Shown: positions 1 to 13,100 of the stretch, piece after piece | How the letters are laid out: every line of letters starts with the position of its first letter | Numbering within the stretch: the stretch's first letter is position 1 | Program-made: the position numbers and the translations under genes | Notes under the pieces: model-generated | Told to the model about the DNA's origin: nothing | What the model saw: only the letters and a program-made list of their open reading frames with translations | Database searches by the model: none | Assembly (NCBI GenBank): GCA_964016885.1 | Contig: OZ024747.1 | Span: forward strand, 1,674,001 to 1,738,000 | Direction: 5' to 3' | Source: Eledone cirrhosa | Lineage: Eukaryota | DNA length: 64,000 nucleotides

Positions 1-210
1 ATCAAAGGTACCATTAGTACCTCAGGTACCTCCTCTATCTACAACAGTAAACCAGCACTACCAGCTGTACCTAACAACACTATCAAAGGTACCATTAGTA
101 CCTCAGGTACCTCCTCTATCTACAACAGTAAACTAACTCTACCAGATGTACCTAACAACACTATCAAAGGTACCATTAGAATCTCAGGTACCTCCTATAT
201 CTACAACTAA
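1..210 (+). repeat. End of the 81-bp minisatellite (at least 2.5 units) of an upstream protocadherin copy cut off by the window edge; the open frame ends ...SGTSYIYN-TAA at 208-210
   Basis: ATCAAAGGTACC recurs at 1, 82 and 163; the same unit and downstream flank follow G1-G5. Confidence 0.9.
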
Positions 211-930
211 CACTAAAATATTATAAAACTAACAGTAGGAAGAATGCCACATTAAATACCATGTGGTATTCTGTTATATATCTTTGTGGACTGAGATCAA
301 ATCCTACCCCAGTTCACCTTTGTTATATTCTCCCAGGGGTCTTCTACAACCCTCACCAAATACAGTTTAATTGTCTTAATTACAATATCAAACATAACTT
401 TACCTTATATAATGGTAAACTATATATAGTACAACAAATATTTGATATGAAAATATATATAGAGGGATAAATTATTCAAATATTAACATTTTATCAAGAA
501 ATATCTGAGAGAATATTTTATAGAATTTATATAACATCTCTATAACATTTCTTAAAGATATATTTATTTAGAGCCACAGTTTCGTATTTTCAAATGAGTT
601 CAATTATTCTATAATATAATTAATTACTTAAAATATTGTTTTAATAACATTTTATTATAGATTTGTTAAGTAAAGAAGTTTGTAAACACAACAGGAAAAG
701 TTGAAACTATTGACTTGAAAAAGTTTTCAAAGTCTTACTAAAGTCATAAAATAAGGTTCCTTCATTGAAATTATAATTTAATTAATTTAATAATTAATAT
801 CTATTATATATTTCATTGTTTTAAATATTTTAGATATTAAATATTTCCACCTATTGAATTATAAATGTTCTAGTCACACACATGTATATGTATCTCTATA
901 TATATATGTGTGTGTAAGTAAATATAATAG

Positions 931-1141
931 TGTGTGAGTCAGCCCATCATTAACTGCAAGAACTGGAGGCTGTACTTCCGTTTCCTTACTTGGGAACAAC
1001 AGACAGCTTGTCATTGGCTACAACACATATTACATACTACATAACTTGATAGAACTATATAACAGTATACCAAACTACTCACAACTACTATATCTTACCA
1101 GAATATTGAAACAGTAACAATATAAACAACTGTTGGTAAGT
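931..1141 (+). promoter_or_regulatory. Putative promoter and short non-coding exon 1 of G1 (donor GTAAGT at 1136)
   Basis: Block is near-identical upstream of all 7 genes. It has TGAGTCA (AP-1-like, 935), ACTTCCG (ETS-like, 974), ATTGG (inverted CCAAT, 1013), TATATAA (1056) and TG|GTAAGT, with no ATG in the putative exon. Confidence 0.7.
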
Positions 1142-2034
1142 ATTTCTATAAAGTTATTCTCTGTTTTATAAATTAGTTATTTAGATATTTGGTAAAGTCT
1201 CTCTATGTCTCTAAGTTACCATCTTGGTAAAACTACATCACTATAATAGTAAAATACTTCCAGTATAACAATATCATTTTAATAAGTTATTTTATTAAGA
1301 TTTCATAATATATTTTTCTACAATTATTTTAAGATTGTTGCTTTTAAAAAAACACAAATATAATTTAATATTTACAAAATTATTTAATTTATTATAATGT
1401 TTAAAATATATTTTCTAATATTCCTAAACTAGTTATAATATAAATCAGTGAAACGTTATATTAATAATAATATAAATCAGTGAAAGGTTATATTAATAAT
1501 AATAATATATTTGTTTATTATTTCTAATGATAAGATATTGTTTAGTTTTGTTGGTTTATTATTGTTATAGTGTTAAATATATTGTATGTTATCCTAGAAT
1601 GTGAGATGTAACCAGGATGTAGCATTGATTGTAAGGGAAGTTACTCTTAATGACTTTAATGAGGGGGCCTTTATGTGATGGTTTAACTTGCTGGAAATAG
1701 TAGCTACATATTCCTCAAATAACATCTTTATAAAGAGAACAACATATTGGATAAAGTATTTTTAGATATATATAGAATATATGGGGTGTTCCTACCTTGC
1801 ATATGTTTAATCAGTAGTCTGCCCTTCAATGTTGACCAGGTGCTAATCAAGAACAGCAACAACCCTTAATACAAGGGTCTCAACCATACAGCCCACAAAC
1901 TACTTCTCTATGGCCCTTGATAGAAGAAAGGAAAATTTGTCCCCTAAATTTTGAACTGATTCATATATCCCACCTACTTCTATCTAGGTCACTTTATTAG
2001 CGGAGGAGGGTGTGCTGAGAGTATAATAACTAGT

Positions 2035-2234
2035 ATAACCCTTTAGCATTCAAACCGGCTGTATCCGGCCAGAATTCTCTAACCTCTTCATACCAATCTT
2101 AAAGTATTGTTCTCAAAATAAATATCATCAAATTCTCATAGATTCAATATTATGTGAGATAATTATGTAAGATAAAGTCTTTACCATGAAAATACCATAG
2201 TATATAGAGAGAAATGTAAATGCTAAAGGGTTAA
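2035..2234. mobile_element. piggyBac-like MITE (~190 bp) in G1 intron 1
   Basis: Terminal inverted repeats TAACCCTTTAGCATT (2036-2050) and AATGCTAAAGGGTTA (2219-2233); CCC...GGG ends with TTAA on the right and ATAA on the left. Confidence 0.7.
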
Positions 2235-2259
2235 GGATAGGATAGAAAAAAAGTTAGTG

Positions 2260-2750
2260 AACAACACCCACTGTTGACCGCAAAAGGTTTCTCCCTATGC
2301 ACAAAAGGACGACTGTATGCGAAATGCAATGCCTCATGATAGTGAAACATAGACTGTAGCTGTTGAAGCTGTGTGTATACTTGAGAGAAATTAAGCAACT
2401 ATGCTCTGTTGGATGTGCAATGTAAGTGTGAGAAAAAGCAATGCATGGATGAGCTGAGGGAGAAGCTGGGCTTAAGAGGAATCCAAGGTGGTGTGCAAGA
2501 GTGAAGACTGTATTGGTATGGACATGTGATGCACATGGATGATGAATGCTAGAATATCCCAGTTGAAGGAAACCACAATAGAGGTAGACCAAGAAAGACC
2601 TTGGTAGAGGTTGTGAAAGCTGAACTCAATTGCTGAGACTCAGTGGAGATAATGAAGGAACGCAATGATTGGAGAGATGGCATGCTGAAAAGGATTCGTC
2701 CAACCCATACATGCATGGAGAAACAGAGGTATAAATGATGAGGATGATAC
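2260..2750 (+). mobile_element. Degenerate 3' fragment of an RTE-clade LINE in G1 intron 1
   Basis: Interrupted translation PLLTAKGFSL..KGRLY..SET..LERN..MLCWMCN..RLYWYGHV; ATGATGAGGATGAT tail. Boundaries approximate. Confidence 0.75.
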
Positions 2751-3272
2751 ATAAACGATGCTGGATCTCACTTTAGTTTTGATAAGGTGGCCGAGTATTC
2801 CATAGTTATATGTATCTTTAATGTGATAAAGGTGGAACTTTGAATTTCAAATTTAATTCATTAGACAGGCTTTCACATAGTCTCTGCCTTCTGATTTTTA
2901 CTCACAACATTCAAGTACAACCACACTATTGTAAAAGGGACTTTCCTGAGATGTAATACATTGTAATCAAGACTAGAACATTATGATTGGGAAGGAATCT
3001 CCAAGACATTTGAGGAAATGTCTTTAAATAATTATAGCCATGTTACTAGGTGTATGTTTGTTGTTGTTTATGACTAATTGTTACTGCTGAGTCAATTATA
3101 TCTACAATGAACAAGATGACAATAATACACACATTTCAATATTGATAGAAATATATCAACATTTAGAGATAAATTTCATGGGAATATATGTTAAGTATTA
3201 TTTTCATAGATTTATGAACTCTACATTTGTGAATATCAATTGTTTACTATAAACTTCTATTTCAGATTAACA

Positions 3273-6200
3273 ATGTCTCCATTGATATTGTTGTTGTTGT
3301 TGTTAATGGCTGACAACTGCTGGTGTCTGGATCATATCTATCATGTGAAAGAGAACAATGATATACACAGCTATATTGGAGATATTGTTACTGATACACA
3401 CTTACTGGATAATATAACATCTGGGGATGATAGAAAGAAACTGAGATTTAATGTACTCCAGGATAGTACTGATGAAACTGTTCAGTTATTTAATGTTACA
3501 TCTGGAGGACAACTGTACACAGCTGCCATATTAGATGCTGAAACTCTGTGTCAATATAATGCGGAATGTTTCAGGATATTGGAAATAGCAGTTCAATATA
3601 GTCATTCTTATATGAAGATATTAGAAATCAAAGTTATGATAGAAGATGTCAATGATAATTATCCTGTGTTTCCAATCGAGGAATTTCATCTACAATTTCA
3701 TGAAAATGTGCCAAAGGGCATAAAAGAAATAATTCCAAATGCTTTTGATAAAGATGTCAACATTCAGAATTCACAAATTAATTATGAAATCAAAGATAAT
3801 TTAGATATCCCTTTCAAATTAGTTTTATCACATAAATCTGGAGAAGCTGATTTACTTGAATTGGTTTTAGAAGAGAATTTAGATCGAGAAAGAAAATCTG
3901 ATTATCATTTCCAACTAGCTGCTATAGATGGAGGATCTCCACCTAAAGAAGGTATACTGGATATAAAAATATTAGTGGAAGATAAAAATGATAATTCACC
4001 ATTATTCTCTCAAAGTATTTATAATATCTCAATAAACGATAAACACCGGTTGAAGAAACCTGTATTTATATTTTCTGCTACAGACTTGGATGAAGGAGAA
4101 AATGGGAGAATTTCTTACTTAATTAATTCTAAAACAACAGAAAAGTCAAAACTTGTTTTTAAATTAGATGAAGATACGGGAGAATTGTTTCTAACAAAAG
4201 AATTTGAGTTTGGAAGAATCTATGAATTATTTGTTGAAGCCAGAGATAATGGTAAACCTCCAAGATATTCAAGGGCAGCAAATGTTCTTATAAATGGTAT
4301 CAGCCACTTTAACAATCCACCAAACATTGATGTCAAGTTTGTCTTAAAGTCAACTGGAAACACAGCTGTCATCTCAGAAGCAACTCTAATTCACAGCTTT
4401 GTTGCTTATGTCAAAGTTACTGACAATGATAATGAAGTTAATGGACAAGTGAAGTGTTATTTAGAAAATAAATACCTTCAGTTAATCTCAATATCTCAGA
4501 AGAAATATAAAGTTGTTGTAAAGAGTAAAATAGATAGAGAGAGTGAGAAGAGTTTTAATTTCACGATTAAATGTCAAGATAAAGGTTTACCTCCATTGAG
4601 AGTAGAGAAAGAGTTTTCTATGTTAGTTACTGATATAAATGATGTGAAACCTAAGTTTAGTGAGGATATATTTAAATTTCTCACCTATGAAAATGAAGAT
4701 AAAGACTTCCCTGTTGGATATATCAATGCTACAGACCCAGATCTTGGAGATGGAGGACAATTGATCTATTCTCTTTTAAATAATGGAAAAGATATTCTAC
4801 CATTTCAGATATCAAATCTAGGATTTATTTCTACAACTCAGTCACTAGATAGAGAAGAAAAGAAGATGTATGAGTTTAAAGTTTTAGTAAAAGATAAAGG
4901 AAGACCATCACTAGAGAACACAGCAAATGTTATTGTTGAAGTTATGGATTTAAATGATAATGTTCCATATTTCAGTTTCCCTAATGTTAACCCTTTTAGT
5001 CTTGATGTTCACTACCATCCTCACAGTGAACATGATATCACAGTTATAAGGGCCTCTGATAGAGATAGTCAACATAATGCCTTCCTTACATATGAAATAG
5101 TAAGAGGTAATAAGAAAGAGTTATTTAGAATTAATCCTCACTCTGGTGTCTTATCTTTCTCTCGGTCAGTTTACCAAAATGATGCTGGACTCTATCAACT
5201 AGAATTAAGTGTAAAAGATAATGGTAGTCCAGTTCTGTCATCAACAACAACTTTATCTTTGACTTTAACAGTTAGTAACAACACATCAAAGATATTTAAG
5301 ACATCTTTAAAGACAACAACATTAAGTAAAGGTCTTCCTTTTAATGTGATAATTATTATTGTTATAGCAACTGTGGTTGTATCAGTTGTTATAGTGATCT
5401 CTATATCAATCTGTATAGTTCATAGACTAAAGCAGACAGATAGTAACTATAGTAGTGGTAGTAGTAGTAGTGGTGGTGGTGGTAGTGTTGATATGTACCA
5501 CAAGGTTACACCTACATTAAATATACAGTCAAAATATATCTTTGATCCAACTTGTGTTGATCCTGGAGTACATTATACCATGGGGAGAAATGTGAAGAAA
5601 TCTCAACCAATGATAGACAGAGAAGATATTCACTGCAGAACTCTACCAGGTGACAGATGGGGTAATCCAGCTTTCAGACCTCATCAACAGGTAAGATAAC
5701 TTTAGAATAATATCTTATAACTTGGAAACATGTCCATCACTTTTCAAATCATTTATGACATCATCATTGTTGTTTTACTTCCACTTTTACCTGCTTGCAA
5801 GGGTGGGATCGGTCCTTTCCAGCACAGCATCCCTCCTTTCTCCTTTCGTCACAGTTCTCGTCATCTCCTCTGTCAGCTTCAGCGATCTGAAGTCAGCTCT
5901 CACCACCTTTGCACAAGATTTTCATTGTTTTCCTCTACTACAGCTTCCTTCCACTGGGATTTCTTGGCACTTCTTTACCCAGCAGTCATCTTCATTGCGT
6001 ATCGCATATCCATATCAATGCAGTCTTCTAACCCGCACACTACAGCCTATCCCTCTTATATACAGTTTCCCTCTCAACTCATCTATGCTTGGTTGTTCAC
6101 GCATATTGATGTTACACTTCCAATGGAGCATACTTGCTTCATTTCTCTCCAGACGTCGCATATCCTCCACAGTTGCTGCCCATGTCTCACTACCATGCAG

Positions 6201-7502
6201 CATGGCGCAACTCACACAGGCATCATATAACCAGCCTTTTGTTCGTAGGGAGAAACTCTTCTTTGTCAACAGAGGAAGCAGCTCCCTAAACTTCTTCCAA
6301 CCTGTTCTTATATAGATACTATGGCCTTGGTGCACCCTCCTTCCTTGCTAATCTGGTCACCTAGGTATAGGAAGCTATCAACTACCTCCATAGAACTTAC
6401 CTACATTTTAAAAATACGTCTATCACTGCCACTTCTATTATCAAATTTATAGTTGTATATTTAATATAACCCTATATCATGACAAGGAGAATTAAACATA
6501 ATTTGTCATGTATCTTACAGTTTTATATTAAATTATTCAGTGTTGAATTACTAAATATTTATCGCAAAATATATTCAAAATATATCGATAATTGTAAATT
6601 TTCTCCCAACATATATTTTGGGATTTATTTTGAAATTAATAATTAAATGAATGGAATATTTCAAGTGCTAGTTAAGTTTTCTGCCATGTCAAGAAGCAAT
6701 TTCTTGAAATGTATTTCTAACTGGAATCACAAGAAGAATGTTTTGTTCTGTGACTCTCAAATCTATGTTGTACATGTATCTCATTAACTTTAGATGTTTG
6801 TTCCAAGAGAAGAAAGTATGTCTCCAGGTTACAGAGAACTAAACAATACTGACCAATTCAGTGAGATGTCAACATTATCATCTCACACTGATAGTGGTCA
6901 TGGTTGGAGTGTTGGTAGTGCTGGACATTATGAGGAACTGCCAGGTAAGTGTGAAATACTCAATATTTCTACAAAAATCTCTTATCCATACAATGTTAAG
7001 CATATTTTAATATTTCTAATTATTAAAACATCATTTTATACCAATGTAGTTTGTTAATTAGTAAAATTCTTTCCAAGACCAGAATTATGTATTTTTAGAA
7101 TTTACTTTCACTTTATTTTGTACAAAATTTGATTCTGTCCCCTAAATCAACCTATTTCCAGATCTGTGCCGTTACCAAAGTGACAATACATGGAACAGGA
7201 GAAATCAACTTCCACACACACTGACAAGATCAAGGGGAGATAACAACATTGGATATCATTATCAACCTAATATTAACACTTCCTGTGATCAGCAGCAAAT
7301 ACCTTTCACTATAACTGGTACCACATCTAACATAACTGAACAACCATCTACAATGACAAGTGACTTTACTTCAAAGAGTAAACCACCTCTACCAGCTGTA
7401 CCTAAAGTAACAACAGTACCAAAGGTACCATCAATACCTCAGGTACCTTCTCTGACTATAGTAAAAAACTTACATAGCAGCTCTATGGAAACCCTGAATT
7501 AA
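3273..7502 (+). CDS. Protocadherin G1, ~969 aa; coding exons 3273-5690, 6794-6944, 7162-7502
   Basis: TTTCAG acceptor then ATG and a Leu-rich signal peptide; six cadherin repeats (DxNDNxP, LDRE, AxDxD), EC1 C-x5-C, hydrophobic TM. Junctions are CAG|GTAAGA (phase 0), TTTAG|ATG, CCAG|GTAAGT (phase 1) and TTTCCAG|AT, and the spliced frame is open to TAA. Confidence 0.92.
5757..6405 (-). mobile_element. 5'-truncated RTE-clade LINE in G1 intron 2
   Basis: Minus-strand ORF WKKFRELLPLLTKKSFSLRTKGWLYDACV..MLHGSETWA..LERNEASML; (ATG)n-type tail; the empty site is seen in G6/G7 intron 2. Confidence 0.85.
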
Positions 7503-7601
7503 TATTACCATCTCTCAAGCAATCATTAATCCATACATATTGATATATATAATCATTAATAAACTATTCCTCTAGATATATATTATAACAACCTTCTACA
7601 G

Positions 7602-7837
7602 TTGCAATGACAAGTGACTTTACTTCAAACAGTAAACTAACTCTACCAGCTGTACCTAACAACACTGTCAAAGGTACCATTAGTACCTCAGGTACCTCTT
7701 CTATCTACAATAGTAAACTAGCTCTACCAGCTGTACCTAACAACACTATCAAAGGTACCATTAGTACCTCAGGTACCTCCTCTATCTACAATAGTAAACT
7801 AGCTATACCAGTTGTATCTAACACTAAAATATTATAA
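7602..7837 (+). repeat. 81-bp minisatellite, ~2.4 units (from 7628); candidate alternative terminal exon of G1
   Basis: Unit encodes NSKLTLPAVPNNTIKGTISTSGTSSIY; preceded by CTTCTACAG|TT. Confidence 0.85.
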
Positions 7838-8540
7838 AACTAACAGTAGGAAGAATGCCACACTAAATACCATGTAGTATTTTGTTATATATCTTTGTGG
7901 ACTGAGTTGAAATCCTACCCCAGATCACCTTTGTTATATTTTCCCAGGGGTCTTCTACAACCCTCACCAAATACAGTTTAATTATCTGAATAACAATATC
8001 AAACATAACTTTACCTTATATAATGGTAAACAATATATAGTACAACAAATATTTGATATGAAAATATAGATAGAGTGATAAATTATTCAAATATTAACAT
8101 TTTATCAAGAAATATTTGAGAGAATATTTTATAGAATTTGTAAAACATCTCTATAACATTTCTCAAATATATATTTATTTAGAGCCACAGTTTCGTATTT
8201 TCAAATGAGTTCAATTATTCTATAATATAATTAATTACTTAAAATATTGTTTTAATAACATTTTATTATAGATTTGTTAAGTAAAGAAGTTTGTAAACAC
8301 AACAGGAAAAGTTGAAACTATTGACTTGAAAAAGTTTTCAAAGTCTTCTAAAGTCATAAAATAATATTCCTTCCTTGAAATTACAATTTAATTAATTTAA
8401 TAATTAATATCTATTATATATTTCATTGTTTTAAACATTTTAGATATTAAATATTTCCACCTATTGAATTATAAATGTTCTAGTCATACACATGTATATG
8501 TATCTCTATATATATATGTTTGTGTAAGTAAATATAATAG

Positions 8541-8751
8541 TGTGTGAGTCAGCCCATCATTAACTGCAAGAACTGGAGGCTGTACTTCCGTTTCCTTACT
8601 TGGGAACAACAGACAGCTTGTCATTGGCTACAACACATATTACATACTACATAACTTGATAGAACTATATAACAGTATACCAAACTACTCACAACTACTA
8701 TATCTTACCAGAATATTGAAACAGTATCAATATAAACAACTGTTGGTAAGT
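8541..8751 (+). promoter_or_regulatory. Putative promoter and non-coding exon 1 of G2 (donor at 8746)
   Basis: Near-identical to 931-1141. Confidence 0.7.
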
Positions 8752-9687
8752 ATTTCTATAAAGTTATTCTCTGTTTTATAAATTAGTTATTTAGATATTT
8801 GGTAAAGTCTCTCTATGTCTCTAAGTAACCATCTTGGTAAAACAACATCACTAAAACAGTGAAATACTTCCAGTATAACAATATCATTTTAATCAGTTAT
8901 TTTATTAAGATTTCATAATATATTTTTCTACAATTATTTTAAGATTGTTGCTTTTAAAAGAACACAAATATAATTTAATATTTACAAAATTATTTAATTT
9001 ATTATAATGTTTAAAATATATTTTCTAATATTCCTAAACTAGTTATAATATAAATCAGTGAAACGTTATATTAATAATAATATAAATCAGTGAAAGGTTA
9101 TATTAATAATAATAATATATTTGTTTATTATTTCTAATAAGATATTGTTTAGTTTTGTTGGTTTATTATTGTTATAGTGTTAAATATATTGTATGTTATC
9201 CTAGAATGTGAGATGTAACCAGGATGTAGCCTTGATTGTAAGGGAGGTTACTCTTAATGACTTTAATGAGGGAGCCTTTATGTGATGGTTTAACTTGCTG
9301 GAAATAGTAGCTACCTATTCCTCAAATAACATCTTATCGTCTTTATAAAGAGAAGAGCATATTGGATAACATATTCCTACATATTTCTAGATATATATAA
9401 TAAGATGGGGTTCTTTTTGGCTTGGATATGTTGAATCATTAGTCTGCCCTTCAATGTTGACCAGGTGCTAATCAAGAACAGCAACAACCCTTAATACAGG
9501 GGTCTCAACCATACAGCCCACAAACTACTTCTCTATGGCCGTTGGTAGAACAAAGGGAAATTTGTCCCCTAAATTTTCTGCTAATTCATATATCCCACTT
9601 ACTATCATATATATAATTATTTTCATAAATTAAATAACTTGCTAATTTGCTGTTTCAAGATACCCCAAAACAGAGAATCTTTTATCA

Positions 9688-10045
9688 TATCATCATCATG
9701 TGTACACCTTTCCGTACTTGCATGGGTTTGACTGGTCTTTGTAGCACAGTATCTCTCTACAATTTACTTTCCCTCATCATCTCCTCTGTGAACTTCATCA
9801 ATTTGAGATCAGCTCTCACCATCTCCACCCAGGTGTTCCCTAGGTTTCATTTATTGTGGCTACCCTTCACTGGGATTTCCAGTCTCTTATTCACCCAACA
9901 ATCATCATCCATGTGCATCACATGTCCATACCAGTGCAGTCTCCTCTCCACCATGCTATTTCAGATTTCTCTTACACCCAGTTTTTCTCTCAGTTCAACC
10001 ATTCTTTGTCATTCATACACATTAACACTGCACATCCATCAAAAC
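9688..10045 (-). mobile_element. Degenerate RTE LINE 3' fragment in G2 intron 1; paralogous copies at ~17410-17710, ~24710-25050, ~32573-32930 and ~41418-41775
   Basis: Minus-strand translation RRLHWYGHV..MDDDCWVNKRLEIPVKG; CATCATCAT at the left end; duplicated together with the gene unit. Confidence 0.7.
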
Positions 10046-10175
10046 ATTGATAAATATATCAACATTTAGAGATACATTTCATGGGAATATATGTTAAGTA
10101 TTATTTTCATAGATTTATGAACTCTACATTTGTGAATATCAATTGTTTACTATAAACTTCTATTTCAGATTAACA

Positions 10176-13100
10176 ATGTCTCCATTGATATTGTTGTTGT
10201 TGTTAATGGCTGACAACTGCTGGTGTCTGGATCATATCTATCATGTGAAAGAGAACAATGATATACACAGCTATATTGGAGATATTGTTACTGATACACA
10301 CTTACTGGATAATATAACATCTGGGGATGATAGAAAGAAACTGAGATTTAATGTACTCCAGGATAGTACTGATGAAACTGTTCAGTTATTTAATGTTACA
10401 TCTGGAGGACAACTGTACACAGCTGCCATATTGGATGCTGAAACTCTGTGTCAATATAATGTGGAATGTTTCAGGATATTGGAAATAGCAGTTCAATATA
10501 GCCATTCTTATATGAAGATATTAGAAATCAAAGTTATGATAGAAGATGTCAATGATAATTATCCTGTGTTTCCAAACAAGAAATTTATTCTGCAATTTGA
10601 TGAAAATGTATTGATAGGAACAAGAGAAATAATTCCAAATGCCATTGACAAAGATGTCAGCATTCAGAATTCAAAGATTTCTTATCAACTGAGGAATACC
10701 AGTGAAGATATTTTCCAATTGTCAGTCACAGATATTTCTGCTAAGCAAAGTAATATTGAATTAATTTTGGAAGGAAAGTTAGACAGAGAAAGAAAACAAA
10801 CCCATGTTTTCCAGCTAATTGCCACAGATGGAAGAACTCCACCAATGGAAGGTATAATGGATATAAAAATATTAGTGCGAGATAAAAATGATAATTCTCC
10901 AGTATTCTTACAAAACATCTACAATGTAACTATAGAAGATACACAAAATATGAACAAACCCATTATCACATTATCAGCAAAAGATTTAGATGCAGGGGAT
11001 AATGGAAGGGTTGTATATAGATTTAGTCCTGATATCTCAGAAAAAGTAAAGAAATTCTTTGTTTTAAACCAAACCTCTGGAGAATTGTATATAAAGGATG
11101 AATTTCAGTTTGGAAAAATCTACAAATTGTTTATCGAAGCCAGAGATAATGGTAATCCTTCGAAATTTTCTACTGTCACTGTTCTTATAAATGGTATCAG
11201 CCACTTTAACAATCCACCAAACATTGATGTCACATTTGTCTTAAAGTCAACTGGAAACACAGCTGTCATCTCAGAAGCAACTCTAATTCACAGCTTTGTT
11301 GCTTATGTCAAAGTTACTGACAATGATAATGAAGTTAATGGACAAGTGAAGTGTTATTTAGAAAATAAATACCTTCAGTTAATCTCAATATCTCAGAAGA
11401 AATATAAAGTTGTTGTAAAGAGTAAAATAGATAGAGAGAGTGAGAAGAGTTTTAATTTCACGATTAAATGTCAAGATAAAGGTTTACCTCCATTGAGAGT
11501 AGAGAAAGAGTTTTCTATGTTAGTTACTGATATAAATGATGTGAAACCTAAGTTTAGTGAGGATATATTTAAATTTCTCACCTATGAAAATGAAGATAAA
11601 GACTTCCCTGTTGGATATATCAATGCTACAGACCCAGATCTTGGAGATGGAGGACAATTGATCTATTCTCTTTTAAATAATGGAAAAGATATTCTACCAT
11701 TTCAGATATCAAATCTAGGATTTATTTCTACAACTCAGTCACTAGATAGAGAAGAAAAGAAGATGTATGATTTTAAAGTTTTAGTAAAAGATAAAGGAAG
11801 ACCATCACTAGAGAACACAGCAAATGTTATTGTTGAAGTTATGGATTTAAATGATAATGTTCCATATTTCAGTTTCCCTAATGTTAACCCTTTTAGTCTT
11901 GATGTTCACTACCATCCTCACAGTGAACATGATATCACAGTTATAAGAGCCTCTGATAGAGATAGTCAACATAATGCCTTCCTTACATATGAAATAGTAA
12001 GAGGTAATAAGAAAGAGTTATTTAGAATTAATCCTCACTCTGGTGTCTTATCTTTCTCTCGGTCAGTTTACCAAAATGATGCTGGACTCTATCAACTAGA
12101 ATTAAGTGTAAAAGATAATGGTAGTCCAGTTCTGTCATCAACAACAACTTTATCTTTGACTTTAACAGTTAGTAACAACACATCAAAGATATTTAAGACA
12201 TCTTTAAAGACAACAACATTAAGTAAAGGTCTTCCTTTTAATGTGATAATTATTATTGTTATAGCAACTGTGGTAGTATCAGTTGTTATAGTGATCTCTA
12301 TATCAATCTGTATAGTTCATAGACTAAAGCAGACAGATAGTAACTATAGTAGTGGTAGTAGTGGTGGTGGTGGTAGTGTTGATATGTACCACAAGGTTAC
12401 ACCTACATTAAATATACAGTCAAAATATATCTTTGATCCAACTTGTGTTGATCCTGGAGTACATTATACCATGGGGAGAAATGTGAAGAAATCTCAACCA
12501 ATGATAGACAGAGAAGATATTCACTGCAGAACTCTACCATGTGACAGATGGGGTAATCCAGCTTTCAGACCTCATCAACAGGTAAGATAACTTTAGAATA
12601 ATATCTTATAACTTTGAAACAATTCCATCTATTTCAAGATATTTTAATGATAATTAAATATATTGTTATATAATTTATATAAACCTCATGACAAGGAGCT
12701 GCCACATATGTTCTCATACAACATACTCTTTTATATATATACTCTAAATTTCTCTCATTTAATATTGAAGTAAATACTTTATTGTTAAACTATTGAAAAT
12801 GCATTGGAAAATATATTCAATGATATATCAACCATTGTTTATTTTCTGTCATAACAAATATTTTATGTTAGGACTTTTTTGAAAGTTATAATTATTTCTT
12901 ATAAACAGTGAAAGTGATAATTTCTGTCTTGTAGAGAAGAAAATTCTTCAAATATTTCCTATAAAATAAAGACTATCTATGTAACATTGATTTATCACTT
13001 GAGGTATATTTATACATATTCTAAATAGAGAGATCGTAATGTTTAATTATCTGTAATAAATATTTTCACTGATCCTCAAATCTTCTAAACCACATGCTAT

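Noticed and set aside
3240-3272. ORF-track N-terminus MFTINFYFRLT on G1-G6
   Set aside because: Starts at TTG and reads through the intron acceptor TTTCAG; the real start is the downstream ATG (MSPL...).
5691-5699. Proteins ending ...HQQVR-stop as single-exon genes
   Set aside because: VR-stop is read-through of a CAG|GTAAGA donor and in-frame downstream exons exist. An intron-retained short isoform is not excluded.
5722-6315. Plus-strand ORFs of 120-197 aa in introns (also 9647, 17367, 20285, 24670, 32533, 41378, 49685)
   Set aside because: Antisense shadows of RTE LINE fragments; they recur only because the gene unit was duplicated.
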